A stretch of 53,735 nt of DNA. Origin: Candidatus Woesebacteria bacterium GW2011_GWB1_39_12. Lineage in GTDB: Bacteria; Patescibacteriota; Microgenomatia; UBA8517. The stretch is from contig LBWB01000003.1 of assembly GCA_000993405.1 (NCBI GenBank), positions 1-53,735 on the forward strand. The letters are read 5' to 3'. Below are positions 1-10,894 of this stretch, in pieces. A program made the translations under genes and the position numbers. Below the pieces are notes generated by a model. It made no database searches and was not told the DNA's origin. It saw only the letters and a list, made by a program, of their open reading frames with translations. Within the stretch, counting starts at the first letter, position 1. Every line of letters begins with the position of its first letter.

Positions 1-88
1 ATGATAGAAGAAAAAAACTGGCGCATGGGTGTGCCGGAAATGGTACACGGAACGCTGGTACACCGAATTTGAATAGTACGTACTCACA

Positions 89-97
89 TTTTAAATA
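89..97 (+). promoter_or_regulatory. TATA-like box upstream of long structured leader
   Basis: TTTTAAATA ~25 nt upstream of the start of the GC-rich hairpin region; preceded by TGGTACAC(G/C)GAA direct repeats at 41-52 and 57-68. Confidence 0.4.
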
Positions 98-119
98 TTC
101 ACCACGTACATTCAATGCT

Positions 120-830
120 CGTGCCGATTGCGACGGGCAAACCCTCACAGGCTCGCTAGGAATAGCGGGCGAGGGCGTGCGACTCGCCGCTCCCAGTGTT
201 GGGGGCTCGCTTAAGGCATGGACGCGTAAACCGTGAACGAGCCTAAACCCCCTTTACGGGCATGTTAGGTCAAGTATCGGGTTGTCCGAAAAAATGCGAC
301 AAACGCTTACCACGCAAAACAGCAAACACCAAGCAATCAACGAGTAAACAAATTTTAGCCAAGTCACAAAAACGTCTTAAGGCTTTGAAGCTAACTTAGG
401 ATGTCGGCTTAAGATTTCGACAAGTAACACGTTGAACGGATAGTCACACAAACACAAAACCGTGTGAAAGTCTAGCACCCGAGCCGTAAAGAGGTACATA
501 ACGCTAAGCCACGCTGAAAGGCCAAAAGCATAAGCCGTTCATGCTAACAACATTTCGGAATATTGATTTTGATTTACTCTTAGTAATTTCGTGTTTGTCT
601 GAGGCGCGTTGTCGGAATTACGTAGAAGTGTAAGCACTAATTCCCAAACACATAGAAGTCTATCCGATTGTAAAAACCCCTAATGCTTTGACTGAAACCT
701 TTTTTTGGACTTCTCTCTCGAAGTCTCAAACCTTAACGCGGTGAGAGAGTACACGGTCATAAGACACACTTTCAGCACGTTAGCGTGTTTCAATAATCTT
801 AGCCTTATCTTCTTATGACCGTGCCAATAT
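120..830 (+). ncRNA. putative large structured non-coding RNA / 5' leader
   Basis: No ORF of 60 aa or more in the track; many stems, e.g. GCTCGCTA-ggaa-TAGCGGGC, TCTTAAG 375/CTTAAGA 408, GACTTC 708/GAAGTC 720, perfect 13-bp CACGGTCATAAGA 752/TCTTATGACCGTG 811. Confidence 0.45.
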
Positions 831-858
831 GAGACAAACAAAAATGGAGAAAAGGGAA

Positions 859-957
859 ATGGATAGATGTCGGAAATGCGGTCAATCTCTTAGAGTAGAT
901 GGAACCTGTTTCAATCCGAATTGTACCGACTATTCAAAGGCGTGGGATGTAAAATGA
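859..957 (+). CDS. Cys-rich micro-protein (MDRCRKCGQSLRVDGTCFNPNC...)
   Basis: Hand translation; GGAG upstream; ATGA-coupled to next ORF. Confidence 0.55.
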   Translation: MDRCRKCGQSLRVDGTCFNPNCTDYSKAWDVK

Positions 958-1052
958 CAGAGTGCGGCCATACGGAATCATATCAACTTGTCGGATATGG
1001 CATAGACCGCCATTACGAGTGTAAGAAGTGCGGCGCATCATTCCCAGTTTGA
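954..1052 (+). CDS. zinc-ribbon micro-protein (MTECGH...ECKKCGASFPV)
   Basis: Hand translation; CxH and CxxC pairs. Confidence 0.55.
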   Translation: MTECGHTESYQLVGYGIDRHYECKKCGASFPV

Positions 1053-1101
1053 GCCTAAGTTTTTTGCTCAAACCCGAAAACGAAAAGGAGAAAAAGAAAA
1101 A

Positions 1102-1377
1102 ATGAAAGCTGTTTTTGAAAACGGGAAATACGTTAAACCCCTACCTGATGGAACCTGTAAGAACTGTGGTAAAATTCTAAGTAACCCAGAGAAGCCTAGA
1201 GCCATATTCTGCAACCGGAAATGCTTCTTTCAATATGTCGGAAAACCGAGCATTTCAACTATGGAGAAATGGAGCGATGACGGAGTAGCTAAAGCTCTTG
1301 ACGGTTGCCGCGTTGAACCTGATGGAATTTGCGCACATGGACAAAAATCTTGGCTTCTACACTTAGGGATAATTTAG
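1102..1377 (+). CDS. small zinc-binding phage-type protein
   Basis: CxxC...CxxxC plus DGCxVEPDGxCxHG motif; AGGAG RBS. Confidence 0.7.
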   Translation: MKAVFENGKYVKPLPDGTCKNCGKILSNPEKPRAIFCNRKCFFQYVGKPSISTMEKWSDDGVAKALDGCRVEPDGICAHGQKSWLLHLGII

Positions 1378-1379
1378 CC

Positions 1380-1745
1380 ATGTCAAATTCCCCAGCTGAA
1401 TTCGTGTTTAAGGCACGGTATGAAAAGCAAACCGGACACCGCTTAGTTCATGGGAACCAGAGAGAGCCAGACTGGATTGATACGCAAACAAAAGCGGCTT
1501 TTGAAATCAAGCAAATCAATTATCCGCGTACACATTTCAAAGACCAAATTCGCGTTAACGCTATGAGCATTAGCAGACACGCACAGGAAAACCCTAACGC
1601 TAAAGTTGTCCTAGTTTTCACTGATAACGTTATGCTGACTAGCGAACCGCGAACCATAGCGGAGAACAGTCAAGTCGAACCGAGCCAACAAACAGGCGAT
1701 AGGCTCACTTATCTAACCCCGCTTTCAATATTCGAACCATTCTAA
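1380..1745 (+). CDS. hypothetical protein, possible PD-(D/E)xK nuclease fold
   Basis: EPDWID...FEIK resembles PD..(D/E)xK. Confidence 0.4.
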   Translation: MSNSPAEFVFKARYEKQTGHRLVHGNQREPDWIDTQTKAAFEIKQINYPRTHFKDQIRVNAMSISRHAQENPNAKVVLVFTDNVMLTSEPRTIAENSQVEPSQQTGDRLTYLTPLSIFEPF

Positions 1746-3229
1746 AAGGAGAAATGAAAAAATGGCTAAGTACAATTCAATCTATTACGAGCATATGCAC
1801 AAAATCAAGTCTAACACGGAGTGGTTCGCACATTTGAAAATCTGTCCTAATTGCTCGGTAGAACCATAAGAGGCTAGAGAACTTTGAACGTTAGAGTTGT
1901 TAGATTAACTAGCGATGAAGTTTTTGACATTATCAAATCAGATAGAACGTGGGAACTCTGCACCTTACGGCAGTTAGCGATTAATGGTGATGACGGAATA
2001 GCAACATTAGGGGAAGATTTTCGTTGGCATTGGATACGGGGCGGAGTAAAAGCGGTGATAGATTACGCGCGTAAGAACCCGGAACGAACCGTGCGATTAG
2101 CCCTAGACCAAGGCAGTAAATGGTATGGAAAATGTAAAGCCAAAAACCTTCGTATTAAAGTATGGGAGTGAAAACTTTGGCTTACGTTGAAACGATAACG
2201 GAACTAGACACGCGCCGACTAGACGAAGAAGCATACGCACAAATGCCGACACGCCTTAAGGTGAATTACTTTCACTGTGCTAAGTGCGGGCGGATTGTTA
2301 AGCGAACCGCTAAAGGCGAACTTAAATCGTGCCCGTTCTGCACCGAGAAAAAAGATAGGTGAAAAAGTTTTTGGCTAAGTTTCAATGTGTCAAATGTGGT
2401 AAAGTTTTCGCCGATGATAAAGACTGGAACACTTCATGGAATCATCAAGAAAAAACCCCGACGCACGACGAATTTAGGGAAGTAAACCCACGATGAAACT
2501 TAAAGGTGTCGAACCATTGAACACGGTAATCAAATTACCGGACGGACGTATCGGAACTATTTGTTATAATTGGTTGGACGGTTGCGGCGGCATATGGGGG
2601 AAAAAACATTTCGACACTGAGGAACGCATGGATAATCCTGATTTACCGGAACCGGAATTCATGCTAAGGGAAAAAGAGATTGAAGGAAAACTTCGCGGAT
2701 TAGAAAACGCGGAATGTGTCGGTGAAGAATATGAGATTCTATTGTAAAGACTGTGACAGATATTTTCGTAAACAGAACTTAGCCAAACAACATCTCTTAG
2801 AAACAATGCACGAAGTCGGAAAAGTAGTAAACCGGTGAGAACTTTTGAAAGTGGAAATTAAAGGTGATATTACCACGCCCGTTCATAACCCGACAGTAAT
2901 AACCATAGAGGAAGCGGGATTAGAAAGTCTAGAAATCATAATCCACAGCGTCCCGTTTCCAAGCGAGAAATACGGACAGGTAGCAAAACCCGTAACATTA
3001 AACGTTCAGCGTGCGGAGTTTCTACGCATAAGCAAAGTCTTAGGAAGGTGAAAAGAAAATTGAACGCTGAAGAAATGGAGCATGAAATAGGCATAGCGAT
3101 AATAGCGCTAGGTAATATTAACCATAGAAACCTAAGCGAGGTTGCACAACAACAATTACGCATTGCTAAAGACGCACTAGAGAGAACGCGAGAATAGAAC
3201 GGTGAGAACTTTCTAGGTCACGGCGATAA

Positions 3230-3289
3230 GTGCCCTGATGATGAATTAGGCAAGCTCTAATTCGAAACCCTCTTTTTGAGGGTTGGCGC
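3230..3289 (+). ncRNA. type I hammerhead ribozyme
   Basis: GTGCC-CTGATGA-T-GAATTAG/CTAATTC-GAAA-CCCTC/GAGGG-TT-GGCGC: three stems, full core, GUU cleavage triplet. Confidence 0.85.
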
Positions 3290-3701
3290 AAACACAAATT
3301 AGGAGAAGGTGAAAAATGATAGATAGAAAACGAGAAGGGTATGACGCGGCATGGAAGGAACTAGTTAGATTGCTAGAACCAGTCAAAGGCGATTCACGCG
3401 CAGTTTACGAAATTAGCGAAGGCTTTGCAGAGGCACATAATGACGCGCTCGCATACGTGAATAATCCAAACGGCAGAATGGTTGAATACTACCGAAAGAG
3501 CTATCCTAACTATGCCTTTGTTTAGGGCTTTGTTTTGTACTAAACCCGAACTGAACCTTTAGGAGAAAATGGGAAAATTGAAAGAACCATACCGTTTTGT
3601 TGTTGTGGACACGCCCTATAATAGAGCGTGGTATTCTAACCTTATCGGCAGATTTTTTGCCGAACCCCCCGCATACGCACAAGTAAAGGAGATATAAGAA
3701 A

Positions 3702-4067
3702 ATGGAAAATGCTGAAGTCATTTCGAGTTATTCACGAGCGCAAGCCATAGAAGATGGTATACTCGTAGACATATCAAATACGAGTGAAGCTAAAGAGGCT
3801 GGGTTCAAAATTCCCGTAGCACTAACCCGCGCTGTGTATTCCACAATTGAAGAGGGCATAGGAATAAACGGACAAGACCGAAAAGGCAGACTATGGGACA
3901 TTTGCTTTATGGCAACACGAGCGTTTAGAAACTTTCAGGAAGACAAGCACCTAGTCCCGTTTGAAGTTCTCATGTTGGATAAAGACACTAAAATGCAAAC
4001 GCTAAAACTTTGGCTAACATTCAACGAATACGAAGGGTTCACAATAATGTACCCGGAGGATTACTAA
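3702..4067 (+). CDS. DUF6573-like protein
   Basis: YSRAQAIEDGILVD...AGFKIPVALT...GQDxxGRLWD motif typical of this mobile-element family. Confidence 0.7.
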   Translation: MENAEVISSYSRAQAIEDGILVDISNTSEAKEAGFKIPVALTRAVYSTIEEGIGINGQDRKGRLWDICFMATRAFRNFQEDKHLVPFEVLMLDKDTKMQTLKLWLTFNEYEGFTIMYPEDY

Positions 4068-5480
4068 AAATGCCTTGTTCGAAATGTGATGGGCTAGGCT
4101 GGATTTTCCGCGTTGACTGGTTCGCCTTAATGCCCTGCTCTAACTGCTCTGTGAGGCCAGAACTTTGTTGATACTGAAACCGTGGAAATGTCGCAAGTGC
4201 GGAAACGTCATACGGAACAGTCTAAGCGAGATTAACGCGGAGTTTGCGAAGCACATGGAATTTATGGATAACGTGCCGCTAGAAACTTACTTCGAGGTTC
4301 TTGACAAATGAGCAACGGTCATGTTTTCATGCGCTGTCCCGTATGCCACACGCTGATAGAGAAAACGGATAGGAATGGTTACATTGATTTTCGTAAATCC
4401 CCGCACACGATTAAAGCCGTATGCCCAGAACATACTTTAGAGTTTCACCGTTTAATGCCCGACTGGACACCAAAAACAGAACGAGCCGTTCTCGAACTAG
4501 AAGCACAATATAAGAGATGAAAGAACTTTGAGAAAGATTCTAGCACGTCATAGGTGGGTTGCGGATGCTACGATAACGGAGAGCTACGACACGAATGAGG
4601 AATTTCGGGTTACACATAGGCGTTTCACAGCGACGGTTGACGGCTACCGTAACTTTAGAATCTATGACGGCGAACTTGAAGATGGATTAGTGAAACGGAT
4701 AATCGCGAAGGTTGAATCAATAAAAACGCGGATACGAAGCGGCGACGAAACAATATTACACGAAAACACATTATTGGAGAACTGAGAACTTTGCGAAAGT
4801 CTAACGTAATTCTATCAGAGCAAATACTCTCTAAAGTTTTGAATGGCATAAACACGGCAATATCATTTTGCGACCAGAACGAAGATAGCTACATCTATAA
4901 TTGTTTGCTTCGAGCGCGAGAGGAAATTGAACACGCAACAAAAGCATTATGAACGGTGAGAACTTTTGTTGATGGAATCGGTTTGGGTTTCATGGTTAGT
5001 GCATGTACCCTACTTGCTACCTCAAGAAATTGAGACTGATTATGGAGAGGATTGAGAACTTTGCCTAGAAAGAAGTTTTACCGTATCAGCGTAACTAATG
5101 GACATGAAGAAATCGCCGTGTACGAGTTAGGCAATTACTCGAAGAAACAAGCGTTAGCCGACTTCCTGAGAACATACTTACACATAAGCGAAGACCCGGA
5201 ATGAGGGAGAACCCTTTGCATAGCTGTCCTGATTGTGGGAACCCGACCACGGATAACTTTGAACTCTGCGATTACTGCGAAATAGATTTACTACAGGAAA
5301 TGTGCGATGTGCAAGGGGTATGAGAACTTTTGAAGCTCATCATTGAGCGTTTTCAATGTTTCCAACATGGAACCGTGTTTGAATCTGAGCGTGAGTATGA
5401 ACAGCATTTAATGGAAGCACACCACAAACCAAACATGAAACTATACGCATAGAAAACGTTTCCTAGTCGCTTAGTAATGA

Positions 5481-5539
5481 GCGCCCTTGAAGATGACTGA
5501 AGCAGAACTTTCAGTCGAAACCCCGTTTGGGGTTGGCGC
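5481..5539 (+). ncRNA. type I hammerhead ribozyme (variant core)
   Basis: GCGCC-CTTGAAGA-T-GACTGAA/TTCAGTC-GAAA-CCCC/GGGG-TT-GGCGC; same architecture as the 3230 copy with different stem sequences; one extra U in the core. Confidence 0.7.
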
Positions 5540-5666
5540 ATAAACACGCCACAACAAATTAGGAGAAAAGAAACAAGATGAAATTGAATCTGGATGGCTT
5601 AGAGGAACTATTCTCTATTGGAGAGTTTCGTAAGCGTAAGCGGTTTTGGGAGAGGTGAAAGAAACT

Positions 5667-6029
5667 TTGAGCAAGAAAAGAAAGAAGCGGCTGAGTATCT
5701 ATGCGATTCGGCATAGTGGAAACACTGTCGGATACGTGCAAGCACAGAACCAGAAAGAAGCATTAGACATGGCTAGTGTGGCTCTCGATAACGGGATTTA
5801 TGACGATGATGACAACGGTGGAATGACCGTTGACTTCGAATTCTCACACGTAGCTGGAGAACAAGGCGCGATTAAAACAAGAGTAAACAAATATGATGAA
5901 ACCTTCAAGGGGCACGCAAATATTTTCTACGAAGACGACATCAGAAATCTAGTAGCCGACAACGTTATGCAGTTCACCACAGCCAAACGCACGAAACTAA
6001 AGGAACTACCCGAAGAGGAAGAGGACTAG
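5667..6029 (+). CDS. hypothetical acidic protein
   Basis: ORF with TTG start in GAAACTTTG motif variant. Confidence 0.6.
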   Translation: MSKKRKKRLSIYAIRHSGNTVGYVQAQNQKEALDMASVALDNGIYDDDDNGGMTVDFEFSHVAGEQGAIKTRVNKYDETFKGHANIFYEDDIRNLVADNVMQFTTAKRTKLKELPEEEED

Positions 6030-6035
6030 AGAACT

Positions 6036-6500
6036 TTGAAAGAAGAAATCACACAAATACGAACTACTAAGCAGCTGAAAGACTTAGCGAAGACTCTGAA
6101 AGTTGGGGCTGACTGGCATGAACCCGACGAACAAGAAGTTGAAGTAAAAGTCGAAGGCTCACACCTAGACAATGCATTCATGGAACTTACAACTGAGAGA
6201 TGGCCGAACCGCGAATTTAACGTAATAATTCTTCAAGATAAGAAACCTGTCGCGTGGATTAATCTCGCAAACCTATTCGCTATGGCTGTCGATACGTGGC
6301 CTGATACCGGAGAACCTAAAGGAACTTTCACTGGTCATGAAGTGAACATTCGAAGCATACGCGAAACATACCTAAACCGAATTGAACGTAACATTGAGGA
6401 CGCGGAGAATAGCCTAACACACGCGAAAGAAGCTGTAACAACAACCCGCGAAGAACTACGCAAACACCCAAACGCGCCGGAAGGATTCGTGAGGGAGTAA
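6036..6500 (+). CDS. hypothetical protein
   Basis: 154 aa ORF bounded by two motif copies. Confidence 0.7.
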   Translation: MKEEITQIRTTKQLKDLAKTLKVGADWHEPDEQEVEVKVEGSHLDNAFMELTTERWPNREFNVIILQDKKPVAWINLANLFAMAVDTWPDTGEPKGTFTGHEVNIRSIRETYLNRIERNIEDAENSLTHAKEAVTTTREELRKHPNAPEGFVRE

Positions 6501-6871
6501 GAGAACTTTGACTAGGTTCATTGTGAATCTACGGGTTGAAGTTATCGCGCGCAATTCGGAAGAGGCTAAGGCGAAAGCCATAATCCCATACGCGTACGGA
6601 TTTCCCGACATGTCAGCATATGTGACAGACGCAAAACTCAGGAGAGACTAAGAACTTTGTGGAAGATTAACCATACGAGTTTCGACAGTGGATTCACAAC
6701 CTTAGACTATCCGCGTAACCGCGAAGAAGCATTAGAAGCTTGGGAATTTTGGAAGGCGAAAGGATTCAGTAATTGTCTATTGACGTTGTACCGACCATGT
6801 GGAAGAAAAGTAAGAGACTACTACTCAGAAACGAAGAAAGAAACTGACTATGAAGAGGATGATTGAGAACT

Positions 6872-7756
6872 TTGTTTGAATGTAAAGTGGATGCGGAGCA
6901 GTTCAAGAACCTAATCAGTATGCCAACCGCGCTAATCGAAGAATGTGACATCACGCTCGGAACTTCAGGCATACGCGTGAACACGATGGACCCGGCTCAC
7001 GTCGCGCTTTGTCGGATTGAGTTAGCGAAAAGCATGTTCGAAGAATACGCGTGTGATAAGGATACGAAAATCCGGCTTGCGATAAACAGTAAGGGAACTT
7101 ATGGGAACGGTTCAAGCCTAGTCGGGCAATTCCCGAATAAAATCAAAGCCTCGCTGATGGACATTAAGTTACGTGGTGAAACCGAATTTGAGAAATCTCG
7201 ACTGGAACTTTCATTTCTCGGTAACCTTCGCAAGAACGCTAAAATCCCACTACTCGAAGCAAGCGAAGAGGAACCACCATACCCGAAAATTCGGTTCAAC
7301 GCTAACGTGAAAATCGTGTTAGCAGACTTACTCGAAGTCTTCAAGGACATGGAGAAGCATGGTGACAATTTCCGGTTAACCGCAACACGAGAAGAATTCA
7401 AAATCGAAACCGTCACGGAATTAACGGAACAAGTTTACCCGTTCGAGAAAGGCTCAGACGTAATGCTAGAGTTAGATGTACGCGAACCGAGTAAGGCTAC
7501 GTTCAACTTGAAGTATATGCTCGACATATTGAAGCAACTGAAAACCGCTTTTGAAATTGTCACACTTGAATGGTCAACGAACTTACCACTAAAAATCTCA
7601 GGTGAAAACATTCAAGGGGCAACCGTAGAATATTTCTTGGCTCCAAGAATCGAAGACCATGACGAACCAATCGAACGTAAACCCGAACCTAAACCTGAAA
7701 CAGAACTTATCCAAGAAGAAGATAAAATCGTATGCACGAATATCGTAACCAACTAG
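6872..7756 (+). CDS. pcna: DNA sliding clamp PCNA
   Basis: MDPAHVAL, FEEY, F(N)LKYMLDI, PLKI and YFLAPR motifs; acidic C-terminal extension; TTG start in the motif. Confidence 0.92.
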   Translation: MFECKVDAEQFKNLISMPTALIEECDITLGTSGIRVNTMDPAHVALCRIELAKSMFEEYACDKDTKIRLAINSKGTYGNGSSLVGQFPNKIKASLMDIKLRGETEFEKSRLELSFLGNLRKNAKIPLLEASEEEPPYPKIRFNANVKIVLADLLEVFKDMEKHGDNFRLTATREEFKIETVTELTEQVYPFEKGSDVMLELDVREPSKATFNLKYMLDILKQLKTAFEIVTLEWSTNLPLKISGENIQGATVEYFLAPRIEDHDEPIERKPEPKPETELIQEEDKIVCTNIVTN

Positions 7757-10700
7757 AGAAAAAAAGGAGAACGGAACTTTATGGTTGAATGGTTGTGGAA
7801 TCCAGAACGTCGAGCATTAATTCAAGTCGGCGTTGTCGGGTACAATTGTGTGTGCAGCGTACAGCCTAAACGAATCTGTGCCTACCATAACAAACTCAAA
7901 GAACTATTAACGGAGTGAAAACGAAATGAAGCAACACAAACTAGATTGCCCAGAATTGCATATCGGACATCAAGTTAGACAAAACCCCCCCGTCCTTATG
8001 CGATACTGTCTCGATTGCAAGGTCTTTCTCCGGGTCTTCCCATGTTGAGGTAAAAGAACTTTGGATAGAACTGAAATCGAGCGTTACGCTCTGAACGAAG
8101 TGAAGAAATATTTCGGTAGCGAAATTGACGGTAAGGAACTCTTACACAGACTAGACTACTACAAACGACAATACGTCTACCACACATAGAGAGGTGAAAC
8201 GAAAAATGAGCATGGATATTCGTGCAGGTATGTTTCGAGAAATTACTTTTCAACCACCAGAGACATTCAAGATTAAATTCGATAATGTACAGTTAGCAGA
8301 CGGAAAACGCGTGCCTCAAATCAAACTCTATTTCCGTGCAGACCAAATGTTTGCCTTTGACCAGTTCTGGGAACAATCCAAACAAGAATATGTCGAATAC
8401 AAGAAAAAGAATGAGGACTCCAAAAATGAGTGAATACGTCGCGCCGAAATGTTCTCCATGCCCGTATTGCCGCGAGCAAATTCTTGACGGCTGGGAAGCC
8501 ATACATGTTCGCATGATTCACACGAAACCGTTCACCGTAATCAAATGTAATGGCTGTGGAGAATACATCAAAGTCCAATATGGAGAAAACAACATTTGCG
8601 GGAAATGCGGAACAAGACTAATGCTACAATGAGGTTCGAAATATTTGTGTGAGGGTTGCATTAGAGCAGGGAAAACGCTGAATTGCGCGTGTAAACGCTG
8701 TGTGACGGAAGCAGTTATTCCAGCAGGTTCACCGCCAAGCGAAAGCGCGTATTGTTACGAATGTGAACACACCGTAGAAGGATGAGAAGAAGCGGGTGAG
8801 AACTTTTTGAATACTCAGGTTTTCGTGCATAAGTTGGTTGATGAGGTACGGGATTTCTGTGGTACGGTTAGTATTCTCCCCACACGAAAAGAACAGAACA
8901 CGGAATTTGATATTCTCCATTCAACACTCAGACAGCAAGTTAACATACTGTTCGCTAATGAAATTCACGACGCGTTGATTGATTTAGTGGAATGGAAAGA
9001 AGAAACGGAGTGAAAACTTTGCCTCTCGTAATTTGCTCGTTTTGCCTTTATGTTGGACAGGGAAGTGACTTGCAGGAAATGTGGCGTGACGCGGAACGGC
9101 ATGAAAAGAAATGCAAAAACAAAGAGGAATGATGAAAGTTGCCGAAATCTGAATTTCTAAAAACCTATCGCAAAGGTAAGGTTTCATCTGTGAAGTTGAA
9201 GAAGCTAGGAAACGCGGAACTTTTCCAAGTCTGGGAAGACGAGAAAATGTTGGGTTGGCTGTGGGCTCCTAAATCCCGCAAAATGATTCAAGTCTTCGAA
9301 ATATCCACGCCCGATAATTGCTCACAGTCACGACTCCGGCGATTAATGAAACTCATGGGACAGAACGCAACTACCCCGTTAATTCCCGTAGACGCTGACA
9401 CAGGCAAAGCCTACTTCGAATTGAAGTGAGAACTTTATGCAAGCGATAGTTCGTGGAACTCGGTTTAGGGATATTACGTTTCAACCGAATGGCTTCAACG
9501 GTAAACCCGCCTTCAGAATCAAAGTTGACGATTGTGCAATTCTAACCGATAAGGGTTCGCGGAAACATGAACAGGTCTTAGTGATTATTCCCGCTTTCGG
9601 AAACGAGGATGCGTTAACGAACCTGCTAGGCGAAGCCGTACTCCAATACCGCATGTGGATAAAAGAACACGAGAGGTGAGAACTTTTATGGTGAGTGAGT
9701 TTCAGCGGATTTATTTTCTTGCCCGTAAGGTTGGGGAAGCCTCCGTTATTATTCGGAATTTTCAAGAAGCCACAAGCACGCGCAATAAGGTTCCTGATTA
9801 TGCATCATTACTTGCCACCCGCAAACTCGCAGGCGACTGGTTGCGAAGCATGAAAGCGCGTCAGAAACGACTACAGAAAGAGAAGTGAGGTAACGGAACT
9901 TTGATGAAGAACAAACAGTCATTGGGTTGGAAAGTTCATACTCGTGGTTTGTTAGAAGAGATTTCGAGCAATTTCAACGCTCCGCAAATCCTAATCCCAA
10001 TCAAGATTTTAGATAACTTATTGCGGCAAGTTGCAAAGAGAGCCACCGAAATTAACGACCTAAAACTAAACGCCTTAATGATTCGGTTAACCCTCTATTC
10101 CATCGCAGACCCCGACAGCCCAGACTATAATCCTAAAGCAATTTCTAAAATTCTTGGAGAGTAAACGGAACTTTGTTAAAGGTTCATGGTGTTCCTGTGC
10201 GTGGGTTGTTGTGTGCTGCGTCTGCGGGTGCACTCGGCATGATTGGGTTACAAATGCTACTTGTTACGATTAGCCCCACTGAGTACATCATGTGGCGTGA
10301 AACACCAGCCGTCGCCGCGCTGGAAACCGTCATGCTATTAGGGTTAGCCGTATTCCAATTCCGAGAAGCCCTACAAAGAAGAAGATGAACAGAACTTTGA
10401 CAGAGAAACCGTATCATATTGGCGGTACATGCGGCGAGCTTGGACATGTGTACCCGAAAGACTCCTGTAAATGTTTGAATTGTGGATATGTGATTTCAGA
10501 AGAGCTTTTTGATAGAATGATGATAAGAGGGTATTGAGAACTTTGACTAAGTTGCGCGTGTATGATTCTGGTTCAAGTGTTGCTCGGAAAGTGTTAGAGG
10601 ATAAGCGTTTGTGCATTGCAGAAGTTTTGGATTATTCCGGTTGGCATTACCTTCAATGTAGACGCAAACGTGGTTACGGACCGAACGGTGAATACTGCAA

Positions 10701-10894
10701 GCAGCACGCGTTAATCATAGCGCAAGGGCGACATGTGAATGTACCATTCAAGGAGAGAGAACTTTGAGTAAGTGTGTGGATTGTGGGATGGAGCTTGGAG
10801 AGTTTTTTGTTCATTATCCAAGTATTCTTGACTTGTCAGATGAAGCATTGATAACAAAGGTAATTCGATGGAATTGTATGGAGTTAATCAAACT

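Noticed and set aside
708-830. Pistol or twister ribozyme
   Set aside because: Hairpin plus pseudoknot topology is reminiscent, but I could not find the P2 partner strand or the conserved catalytic nucleotides.
3600-3665. Hairpins as an ncRNA
   Set aside because: They lie within a plausible 42-aa ORF (MGKLKEPYRF...) that has its own RBS.
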